The translations under genes and the position numbers were made by a program. Shown here piece after piece: positions 29,738-38,153 of a stretch of DNA of 64,000 nucleotides; within the stretch, counting starts at the first letter, position 1, and each line of letters opens with the position of its first letter. The notes beneath the pieces were generated by a model, which made no database searches, was not told where the DNA came from, and was given only the letters and a program-made list of their open reading frames with translations. This stretch comes from Anaeromyxobacter sp. (lineage in GTDB: Bacteria; Myxococcota; Myxococcia; Myxococcales; Anaeromyxobacteraceae): contig JASGJN010000013.1 of the NCBI GenBank assembly GCA_049840735.1, forward strand, positions 96,001 through 160,000. The letters are read 5' to 3'.

Positions 29738-29950
29738 ATGGATCTCCTCACCCGCTTCGCCGGCAACGTCAGGCGCCTCCGCTCCAAGAAGAAGCTTTCG
29801 CAGAAGGCGCTCGCCGACAAGGTCGGGATCTCGGTCTCGTACGTCTCCATGCTGGAGCGCGGCCAGCGCTCCCCGCCGCTGGAGACGATCGAGAAGATGG
29901 CGAAGGCGCTGGGCGTACCGCCGGCTGCGCTGCTCGGCGGCGGCCGCTGA
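29738..29950 (+). CDS. XRE-family HTH transcriptional regulator (70 aa)
   Basis: NVRRLR...LSQKALADKVGISVSYVSMLERGQRSP. Confidence 0.9.
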   Translation: MDLLTRFAGNVRRLRSKKKLSQKALADKVGISVSYVSMLERGQRSPPLETIEKMAKALGVPPAALLGGGR

Positions 29951-30223
29951 CGGACGCCAGGCGGCCTCGCTCCGGATCCCACGTTCACCGGCCGGCCTGA
30001 CCGGCACGCCTCGGGCGTGCGGGTCGGCCGGCTGATTCGCTTCCAGGGACCAGCTGCGCAGGGCGCTCGCTGCGGCGCGCAGGTGTCGCGACCTGCCGCG
30101 CACTCCTCCCGCGCACACCACCGCGCCGCGCGCCCTCGCCCTCGCCCTCGCCCGCACCAGGCAGCGCACGCCGCCCGCCCTCGCGCGCACCGATGGACGT
30201 ACCGGGCACGCCACCCGCGCGCC

Positions 30224-30745
30224 TCACCGCTCCAGCGTCGCGCTCCCGGGCGTCCACTCGGCCGGCACCGGCTCGCCGGTCTGGAGCGCCTCCAGCACGC
30301 GCAGCAGCTCCGACACGGAGCGCCCCACCGACAGCGGGTAGACGGCCGCGAACTGCACCACCCCGGCCGGATCGACGAGGAAGGTGCCGCGCGCGGCCAC
30401 CTCCTCGTCATCCAGCCAGACGCCGTAGCGCCGCGCAATCTCCCCGCCCGGATCGGCGGCCAGCGGCAGGTCCACCTCGCCCAGCACCTCGGCGATCCAG
30501 CGCCGGTGCGTGTCCAGCCCGTCGGCCGAGATCGCCACCGGCTCGGCGCCCAGCCCGCGCAGCTCGCGCGCGCGCCGCGACAGCTCGCGGATCTCGGTGG
30601 GGCAGACGCTGGTGAAGTCCCGCGGATAGAAGACCAGCACCACCCAGCGCCCGGCCAGGGCGGCCAGCGAGACCTGGACGGGCTCGCCGCGCCCGCGGAC
30701 CGCGTTCGCCTTGAACTCCGGAGCCCTGTCGAGGAAAGTCGTCAC
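30224..30745 (-). CDS. Peroxiredoxin, AhpC/TSA family
   Basis: FYPRDFTSVCPTE, RGTFLVDP and VGRSVSE motifs; GGAGG RBS. Confidence 0.88.
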   Translation of the reverse strand: MTTFLDRAPEFKANAVRGRGEPVQVSLAALAGRWVVLVFYPRDFTSVCPTEIRELSRRARELRGLGAEPVAISADGLDTHRRWIAEVLGEVDLPLAADPGGEIARRYGVWLDDEEVAARGTFLVDPAGVVQFAAVYPLSVGRSVSELLRVLEALQTGEPVPAEWTPGSATLER

Positions 30746-30831
30746 CCAGCCTCCGTCGCGGTCCCGCCGCGGATCTCCTCCGATACGGCCCGCGGCGGGC
30801 TGCGTCAACCCGACATCACCGGAGCTGCCGC

Positions 30832-31749
30832 ATGACCTCCACCCTGCTCGCGCTCGCCCTGGGGACCTTCAGCATCGTCGCCGCCGATCCGGAGACGGGG
30901 CAGATCGGCGTGGCGGTCCAGTCCAAGTTCCCCGCGGTGGGCGCCATCGTCCCCGCCGCCAAGGCCGGGGTCGGCGCGGTCGCGACGCAGGCCGCTGCCA
31001 ACGTGGCCTGGAAGCAGCAGGCGCTGCAGCTGCTGGCGCAGGGGCTCGCGCCGGACGAGGTGGTGCGGCGGCTGGTGGAGCAGGACCCCGGCGCGCAGGA
31101 CCGGCAGCTCGGCATCGTCGACGCCAGGGGGCGCGCGGCGGCCTTCACCGGGAAGCGCTGCTTCGACCACGCCAGCCACCTCACCGGCGAGGGCTTCACC
31201 GTGCAGGGCAACATCCTGGTCGGGCGCGAGACGCTGGTGGCCATGGCGCGCGCCTACGAGGCGGCCCGCGCCGCGAAGAAGCCCCTGGCGGAGCGGCTGC
31301 TGGCCGCCCTGGCGGCTGGCGCGCGGGCTGGCGGCGACCGGCGCGGGCAGGAGAGCGCCGCGCTGGTGGTGGTGCGCCCGGGCGGCGGCTACGGCGGCGC
31401 GGACGACGTGTGGATCGACCTGCGCGTGGACGACCACCCGAAGCCGATCGAGGAGCTGACCCGGCTCTACCGCGACGTGCACCAGTACTACTTCGGCCTC
31501 ACCGAGCAGGCCCTCCCGCTCGACGCGGCGCGCGCCCGCGAGGTGCAGGGGCTGCTCTCGCAGACCCGCTTCTACAAGGGACCGGTCAGCGGGACCTGGG
31601 ACGCGGCCAGCCAGCAGGCGCTGGAGGACTTCATGGGGTGGGAGAATCTGGAGGGCCGCACCCGCCGGGACGGGACCATCGACGCCCTGGTCCTGGCCCA
31701 CCTCCAGCGGGTCGTGTCCTCGGCCACTCCGCCGAGAAAGTCGCAGTGA
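30832..31749 (+). CDS. DUF1028 Ntn-hydrolase-like protein with C-terminal peptidoglycan-binding-like domain
   Basis: TFSIVAAD...GVAVQS, ATQA, QGNIL, GGDRRG.ESAA and DLRVDDH motifs. Confidence 0.85.
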   Translation: MTSTLLALALGTFSIVAADPETGQIGVAVQSKFPAVGAIVPAAKAGVGAVATQAAANVAWKQQALQLLAQGLAPDEVVRRLVEQDPGAQDRQLGIVDARGRAAAFTGKRCFDHASHLTGEGFTVQGNILVGRETLVAMARAYEAARAAKKPLAERLLAALAAGARAGGDRRGQESAALVVVRPGGGYGGADDVWIDLRVDDHPKPIEELTRLYRDVHQYYFGLTEQALPLDAARAREVQGLLSQTRFYKGPVSGTWDAASQQALEDFMGWENLEGRTRRDGTIDALVLAHLQRVVSSATPPRKSQ

Positions 31750-31865
31750 GGGCGCCCAGTTGACCCCTGACGAGCCGCCAGCCCCCGGCCGGCCCGCCAC
31801 CCGGCGTTGCGGAATCACCACCCTGCCCCGTAGGTTCACCACCAGGCGGCGGGAGCGCGGGGCGC

Positions 31866-32699
31866 ATGCAACGATTCGGACGGAGAAGCTTCCTCAAAGG
31901 TGCGCTGGTGGTCACGGCCGCCGGCGCTGGCGTCGTGCCGACGGACGGCCTGGCCGGCGACGACGGCCTCCGCCACGAGCAGGTGACGTTCAAGGTGCCC
32001 GGCCTGGACCCGGCGCATGACGGGCTGCGCGTCGCCCAGCTCTCCGACCTGCACGTCGGGAACCGGACCCCCGACGCCATGCTCCGCGACGCCATCGCCC
32101 AGGCCAACGCCTTCCAGCCGGACCTGGTGGTCCTGACGGGCGACTACGTCTGCCGCAAGCCCTGGGAGGTGGGCAAGATGCGCGAGGTGCTGGGTGGCCT
32201 CGCCGCGCCGACCCTGTGCGTCCTGGGCAACCACGACGTGTGGGTCGATGCGCCCGGCGCCGCCGACTCGCTGCGCGCGCTCGGCTACGAGGTGCTCGAC
32301 AACGCCTGGACCACCCTGCGCGTCCGCGGGGAGCCGCTCCACGTGGTCGGGGTGGGCGACTTCCACACCAAGCGAGCGGACGTCCCGCGCGCCATGGCCG
32401 GCCTGCCGGACAGCGTCACGCCGCTGGTGCTGGCCCACGGCCCCCGCACCGCCGACGAGCTGCGTGCCCGCAACCGCCCCATGGTCTGCATGTCAGGCCA
32501 CACCCACGGCGGCCAGATTAGCATCCCCATCCTGACTCCCCTGTTCCTGGCCAGCATGGCCCATGAGCCCTACGTCCGGGGCCGCTACAAGCTGGGCGAC
32601 GTGCAGCTCTACGTGAACCGGGGCATCGGTCTGTCGGGCATCAAGGTCCGGATCAACTCGCCGCCCGAGGTCACGCTGGCCACGCTCCGCCGGGCCTGA
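31866..32699 (+). CDS. Tat-exported metallophosphoesterase
   Basis: GRRSFLK signal; DLH, TGD, GNHD and GHTHGG motifs. Confidence 0.9.
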   Translation: MQRFGRRSFLKGALVVTAAGAGVVPTDGLAGDDGLRHEQVTFKVPGLDPAHDGLRVAQLSDLHVGNRTPDAMLRDAIAQANAFQPDLVVLTGDYVCRKPWEVGKMREVLGGLAAPTLCVLGNHDVWVDAPGAADSLRALGYEVLDNAWTTLRVRGEPLHVVGVGDFHTKRADVPRAMAGLPDSVTPLVLAHGPRTADELRARNRPMVCMSGHTHGGQISIPILTPLFLASMAHEPYVRGRYKLGDVQLYVNRGIGLSGIKVRINSPPEVTLATLRRA

Positions 32700-32791
32700 G
32701 GGTACGTCCCTGACCGCGACGCGGGCCCCCTCGCAGGCCGGGCCTTCTCGCCGCAGTGCGGCTAACCTTTCCTGTCCCCCAGGGAGGTCGA

Positions 32792-34495
32792 ATGTCCGCC
32801 GCCGCCCCGTCACCCTCCGACACCCGCAGCCTCGACGAGGCGGTCGCCCGCCTGCGCGAGGCCGCGCCGCGCTGGGCCCGCGCGCCCATCGCGGAGCGGA
32901 TCCGGCTCGCCCGCGCCATGCTCCGCGGGACCGCACGTACGGCGCAGCGGGCCGTGGCCGCCGCCTGCGCGGCCAAGCGGATCCCGCCCGGCGCCCCGCA
33001 GCAGGGCGAGGAGTGGATGTCCGGTCCCTACGTGGTCGCGCGCTCGCTCCGCCAGCTGATCGGCTCGCTCGAGCAGCTCGACCGGCGCGGCAACACGCCC
33101 ATCGGCCCGCTCGCCGACACCGTGGACGGCCACCTGTCCGTGCGCGTCTTCCCGCACTCGCGGCAGGACGCGCTGCTGTTCATGGGCATCCGCGCCGAGG
33201 TGCACCTCGAGGCGGGCGTGAACCAGGCCGGGCTGGAGGAGACGCGGGGGCGCTTCTACAAGGCGCCCGATCACCAGGGGAAGGTCTGCCTGGTGCTTGG
33301 CGCGGGGAACATCAACGCCATCCCGCCGCTCGACGTCGCGACCAAGCTCTTCAACGAGGGGGAGGTCTGCGTCCTCAAGATGAACCCGGTGAACGCCTAC
33401 CTCGGCCCCATCCTCGAGGAGGCCTTCGCCGAGGCCATCCGGCTGGACCTGCTGGCCGTGGTCTACGGCGGCGGCGACGTGGGCGGGTACCTGGCCCACC
33501 ACCCGGGCGTCGACGAGGTCCACGTCACCGGCTCGGATCGCACCCACGACGCGATCGTGTGGGGCCCGCCCGGCCCCGAGCGCGCCGAGCGCATGGCGCG
33601 CGGCCGCCCGCTGCTCGACAAGGAGATCACCAGCGAGCTGGGCAACATCTCGCCGGTGCTGGTGGTGCCCGGCCCCTGGGACGCCTCCTCGCTGGCGGCG
33701 CAGGCCGAGAGCGTGGCCGGCGCGGTCACGCACAACGCCTCCTTCAACTGCAACGCGGCCAAGCTGCTCGTGACCGCCCGCGACTGGCGCCACCGCGACG
33801 CCTTCCTGGCCGGCGTGGAGCACTTCATGGCGCTGGTCCCGGCCCGCTACGCCTGGTACCCGGGCGCGCAGGACCGGTACCGCTCCCTCACCGAGGGGCG
33901 CAGCGAAGTGCGCCGCGTCGGGCAGGGCGAGGGCGCGCTCCCCTGGACGCTGGTGCCGGGGCTCGAGGCGGAGACGCCCGACCCGGCCTTCACCACCGAG
34001 CCCTTCTGCTCGATCCTCTCCGAGACCTCCACCGGCACCGAGGATCCGCTGGAGTACCTCGACCGCGCGGTCCGCTTCGGCAACGAGCGGCTGTGGGGCA
34101 CGCTGGCCGCGCACGTGGTGGTCCACCCGAAGACCCTGGCCGACCCGACCCTCGGCCCGGCGGTGGAGCGGGCCATCCGCCAGCTGCGCTACGGCTGCGT
34201 GGCGGTGAACACCTGGGCCGGGTACGGCTTCGCGCTGGGCACCACGCCCTGGGGCGCCTTCCCCGGCTCCACCCTCACCGACATCCAGAGCGGCCGCGGG
34301 TTCGCCCACAACACGCTGATGCTGGAGGGCGTGGAGAAGGTGGTGGTGCGCCACCCGGTGAAGACCTTCCCCAAGCCGCCCTACTTCCCCAGCCACCGCA
34401 GCGCCCACCGGCTGGGGCGGAGCCTGCTCAAGCTGGAGGAGAAGGGGAGCTGGCTCAAGGTCCCGGGCGTGATCGCCTCGGGGCTGCGCGGCTAG
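32792..34495 (+). CDS. Aldehyde dehydrogenase family protein
   Basis: GAGN, LKMNP, HVTGS, SELG, FNC and EPF motifs; GGGAGG RBS. Confidence 0.85.
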   Translation: MSAAAPSPSDTRSLDEAVARLREAAPRWARAPIAERIRLARAMLRGTARTAQRAVAAACAAKRIPPGAPQQGEEWMSGPYVVARSLRQLIGSLEQLDRRGNTPIGPLADTVDGHLSVRVFPHSRQDALLFMGIRAEVHLEAGVNQAGLEETRGRFYKAPDHQGKVCLVLGAGNINAIPPLDVATKLFNEGEVCVLKMNPVNAYLGPILEEAFAEAIRLDLLAVVYGGGDVGGYLAHHPGVDEVHVTGSDRTHDAIVWGPPGPERAERMARGRPLLDKEITSELGNISPVLVVPGPWDASSLAAQAESVAGAVTHNASFNCNAAKLLVTARDWRHRDAFLAGVEHFMALVPARYAWYPGAQDRYRSLTEGRSEVRRVGQGEGALPWTLVPGLEAETPDPAFTTEPFCSILSETSTGTEDPLEYLDRAVRFGNERLWGTLAAHVVVHPKTLADPTLGPAVERAIRQLRYGCVAVNTWAGYGFALGTTPWGAFPGSTLTDIQSGRGFAHNTLMLEGVEKVVVRHPVKTFPKPPYFPSHRSAHRLGRSLLKLEEKGSWLKVPGVIASGLRG

Positions 34496-34556
34496 AACCT
34501 CGGCCGGGCGACGGCGCGCGCTGGCGTGGCGCGGCGCGACGGCGCCGCCTCCCGCG

Positions 34557-36590
34557 CTACCAGACCTCGCAGCGCGCCGGATCGGGCCGGACCATGGGGC
34601 TGCCGTCGCGGCAGGAGAAGGCGGCGGAGAACTCGGCCAGGTTGGAGAGCGGGCCGTTCACCCGCGTCCGCGCCGGCGCCTGCGCCCGGGCCAGCTCGGC
34701 GGCGGGGTCGCGGCTGGCGGTGCAGATTGACTGCGCGTAGCCCAGGAAGAACTGCTGCTCCGGCGTGAACCCCAGCAGCTTGTACTCCGCCTCGGGCGCG
34801 GAGCCGCGGGCCTCGGCCCAGGCCGCGTAGGCCAGCTTCACGCCGGCCAGGTCCGCCACGTTCTCGCGCCGGGTGCGCGCGCCGTCCAGCGGCACGCCCG
34901 GGGCCGCCTGGTAGGCCGAGAACTGCCGCTCCACGCAGGCGGCCCGCTCGGCGTAGCGCCGCGCGGTCTCCGCCGTCCACCCGTCGCGCGGCATCCCCTC
35001 GCCGTCGCGCTCCCGCCCGCCCTCGTCCACGGCGTGGATCAGGGCGGCCGCGAGCACGGAGCCGAGCGCGCCGTAGTTCACCGCCTCCGGCGCGCCGCGG
35101 TTGAAGAACGGGGGCTGCAGCAGCGCCGGCGGGCAGACCAGCTCGTTGAGGAGCGGGTCGTGGTAGGCCTCCAGCGACGGCGGCGGCGGGCGCAGCGCAG
35201 CCCGGTCCACCGGGCGGCCGACCTGCGCCAGCTCGTGGCGGTGCGCGGCGCGCGCCGCGGTCATCCAGTTCCGCAGCCAGGACTCGCGCTCGATGCGCAG
35301 CCCCCCCGGATCCGGCGCCACCGGGGGCGCCCCCACCGACACGGTGAGCCGCACCAGCTTGTCCTGCGCGCGGCTGCGGCTCGGCCCGTCCATCCAGGCC
35401 AGGTCCTCCATGTCCCGCTGCAGCGCGGCCTCCAGCTCCACCACCAGCCGCGCCGCCCGGTCGCGCGCCTCGTCCACCGGGTAGCGCCGCAGCCAGGCCT
35501 GCCCCAGCGCCGGCCCCAGCGCGGCCCCGGTGGCGAGCACGCAGCGCCGCCAGCGGGGCGGCGGCTCGGCGGCCCGCCCCGGCGCGCTCCGGAAGGCCAG
35601 CCGCTCCTGCAGGAAGGCGGCCGGCAGCGCGCCCGCGTCCGCCGCGGCGGCGGTGATCCGCCAGCGCAGGTAGGCGCGCCAGTCCTCCAGCGCCCCGCGC
35701 GCCACCAGCGTCGCCACCCGCGCCGTGTAGGCCTGGGCCGTCACGCTCACCGCGCGCGGCTGCGGCAGCCCCAGCCGCTCCAGCAGCCGCCCCCAGGCCA
35801 GCCCCGGCGCGAGCCGCTCCAGCCCGGCCCGGTCCAGCCGCTGCGCGGCCCCGGGGGCGCCGGGCGCGGGCAGCGCCTCGGCCAGCGCCGTCTCCAGGCG
35901 CAGCGCGCGCGAGGCCTCCTGGTCGGCCTCGGCGGCGCCCAGCCCGGCCAAAAGGTAGAGCGTGCGCAGGTGGGCGGCGTAGCGGGCCCGCAGCTCGGTG
36001 GGCTGCGGGCTGGCGGAGAGGTACGTGTCGCGCTGGAGCTCCAGCCCGGCCGGCGAGAGGACCAGCGAGAGCTGCGAGGGATCGCGCGGGTCGAGCCCGG
36101 CCGCCGCCGAGAGCGGCCCCGGGACGTCGCTCGACATCAGCCGCCCCAGCTCCTCGGCCAGCGCGTCGCGATCCGGCACCGCGTCCAGCCGCGCCCACTC
36201 CGCCCGGAGATCCACCAGCCCGCGCGCCTCCACCGCCGGCTCGTCCATGCAGGACGCGTAGGCGTCGCCCAGCTTGCGCAGCCCGTGATCCCGCGGGTCC
36301 CCCTTCCCCGCCGCCGCGTCGTCCAGCAGCCGCCGCAGCTGCCGCAGCGATCGCTCCTCCAGCTCGGAGCGCCCGCGGCTCCAGGTGCTCCGGTCCGGCG
36401 GGACGGCGGTGGTGGAGAGCCAGCCGCCGCAGGCGAACTGGTAGAAGTCGTCGCAGGGCTCGATGGAGCGATCGAGCGCCGCCTCGTCCAGGGCCGGGTA
36501 GCTCTCGCCGGCGCGCGGGCGGGTCCGGTGGCAGGCGGCGAGGCCTGCGGCCAGGGCGGCCAGGGTGACGAGGGCGAGGGCGCGGCGCAC
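34557..36590 (-). CDS. M13 (neprilysin/PepO) family lipoprotein with degenerate zinc motif
   Basis: Lipobox LAAC; PCDDFYQFACGGW, LQPPFF, VNYGALG, ENVADLAG and RVNGPLSN; HExxH replaced by AALIH. Confidence 0.85.
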   Translation of the reverse strand: MRRALALVTLAALAAGLAACHRTRPRAGESYPALDEAALDRSIEPCDDFYQFACGGWLSTTAVPPDRSTWSRGRSELEERSLRQLRRLLDDAAAGKGDPRDHGLRKLGDAYASCMDEPAVEARGLVDLRAEWARLDAVPDRDALAEELGRLMSSDVPGPLSAAAGLDPRDPSQLSLVLSPAGLELQRDTYLSASPQPTELRARYAAHLRTLYLLAGLGAAEADQEASRALRLETALAEALPAPGAPGAAQRLDRAGLERLAPGLAWGRLLERLGLPQPRAVSVTAQAYTARVATLVARGALEDWRAYLRWRITAAAADAGALPAAFLQERLAFRSAPGRAAEPPPRWRRCVLATGAALGPALGQAWLRRYPVDEARDRAARLVVELEAALQRDMEDLAWMDGPSRSRAQDKLVRLTVSVGAPPVAPDPGGLRIERESWLRNWMTAARAAHRHELAQVGRPVDRAALRPPPPSLEAYHDPLLNELVCPPALLQPPFFNRGAPEAVNYGALGSVLAAALIHAVDEGGRERDGEGMPRDGWTAETARRYAERAACVERQFSAYQAAPGVPLDGARTRRENVADLAGVKLAYAAWAEARGSAPEAEYKLLGFTPEQQFFLGYAQSICTASRDPAAELARAQAPARTRVNGPLSNLAEFSAAFSCRDGSPMVRPDPARCEVW

Positions 36591-36652
36591 GGGCTGGACG
36601 GGTCTCCGGCTCTTGGAGCCAGCGCGACTATGGCCCGCCCGGCTGGGCCCGC

Positions 36653-37144
36653 TCAAGGCGAATCGGCGGCGCCGAGCGTGGCGCGCAGGGCCAGGCGCGC
36701 CTCGCGCCGCACGCGCGCCTCGCGCTCGCGGCGGCGCTCCAGATCGCTCTCGGCCAGGAGCGGCCCCACCCGGGTGGGCCGCCGATCGCGGTCGAGCGCC
36801 ACGAAGGTGAGGTAGGCGTCGCAGCAGCGCTGGCGCGCGCCGGTGAGCGGGTCCTCCGACTCCACCACCACCTCGACCTCCATGGACGTGCCGAAGACCG
36901 CGTTCACGTGCGCCACCAGCACCGCCATCTGGCCCACCTTCACCGGGGCCAGGAAGTTGAGCTGGTCGATGGAGGCGGTGACCACCGGCATGCGGGCGTG
37001 GCGCATGGCCGACATGGCGGCGGCCAGGTCGATCCACTGCATGACCATGCCGCCGAAGGCGCCGCCCATGATGTTGGCGTCGGACGGCATGACCAGGTGG
37101 ATCACCTCGACGCGCGAGGCGGAGGCCGGCTTGGGAGCGCTCAT
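36653..37144 (-). CDS. Acyl-CoA thioesterase (hotdog fold, YciA-like)
   Basis: PSDAN..G..FGG, VVTASID, TSMEVEV and YLTFVALD motifs. Confidence 0.9.
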   Translation of the reverse strand: MSAPKPASASRVEVIHLVMPSDANIMGGAFGGMVMQWIDLAAAMSAMRHARMPVVTASIDQLNFLAPVKVGQMAVLVAHVNAVFGTSMEVEVVVESEDPLTGARQRCCDAYLTFVALDRDRRPTRVGPLLAESDLERRREREARVRREARLALRATLGAADSP

Positions 37145-37280
37145 GGCCCGTGTCTAGCGCATCTCGCGCCGCCGGGCGCGGGCCGCGGGCCCCGGCACCC
37201 AGCGGTGGCCTGACCACCGGTGGTGTCGTGACGGGGGTGAGGCGTAAGATGCGCGCCTTTCCACCCCGGAGTCCCGAACC

Positions 37281-38099
37281 ATGCCGCTCGAGGTCACCCT
37301 CATCGACGTCGCCCGCGATCCGCTCCAGAAGCTCTACGGCGCGTACCGCACCTGCTACACCCCCAAGACGCCGTCGGAGGTCTGGACCGAGATCCGCGAC
37401 GGGCGCATCGCCCCGGACACCATCCGCGAGTTCGTCACCGAGCGGCTCAAGACCGGCCACGCCTCGCCGCTCGAGCAGGTGGTGTTCTGGTTCGGCATCT
37501 CCGGCGTCTCCCGCGCGCTCTCGCACCAGTTCGTGCGCCACCGCATCGGCATCTCCTTCGAGCAGCAGTCGCAGCGCTACGTCCGCTACAAGGAGGAGCG
37601 CCTCGACTACGTCATGCCCAAGACCTGGGAGAAGGCGGGCCTGGCCGACGCCTACGACCAGCTCATGCGGGAGATCACCCGGGTCTACGAGGACGCGCTG
37701 CAGAAGGGCATCCCGGCCGAGGACGCCCGCTTCGTCCTGCCCAACGCCACGCCCACCAACTTCCAGGTGATGGTCAACTTCACCGAGCTGCTCCACATCG
37801 CCGACCTGCGGCTCTGCTGGCGCGCCCAGTGGGAGATCCGCCACATGGTGGCGCTGATGCGGCGCGAGGTGATGCGGGTGGCGCCGGAGCTGGGCACGCA
37901 CCTGCAGCCCAAGTGCGGCGACAAGCGCATGGGCTACTGCGACGAGCCGCGCAAGGAGTGGGAGAAGTGCCCGCTCGGCAAGGTGCGGCCGCACAAGGAG
38001 CAGATCCTCGAGGTCTTCCGCGAGTACCGCGCCGGCAACCTGGTCCCGCTGGGCGAGGAGCACCTGCGCGCGGTGGAGGACGCCGGGAACGAGGAGTAG
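37281..38099 (+). CDS. thyX: FAD-dependent thymidylate synthase
   Basis: GHASPLE, SRALSHQFVRHR, QQSQRY, EDARFVLP and RAQWEIR motifs. Confidence 0.95.
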   Translation: MPLEVTLIDVARDPLQKLYGAYRTCYTPKTPSEVWTEIRDGRIAPDTIREFVTERLKTGHASPLEQVVFWFGISGVSRALSHQFVRHRIGISFEQQSQRYVRYKEERLDYVMPKTWEKAGLADAYDQLMREITRVYEDALQKGIPAEDARFVLPNATPTNFQVMVNFTELLHIADLRLCWRAQWEIRHMVALMRREVMRVAPELGTHLQPKCGDKRMGYCDEPRKEWEKCPLGKVRPHKEQILEVFREYRAGNLVPLGEEHLRAVEDAGNEE

Positions 38100-38153
38100 C
38101 CCCCCGCGCGCGACGCGCCACCGGGGGCGGGGCGCGGGTACAATCCCGTCCGC

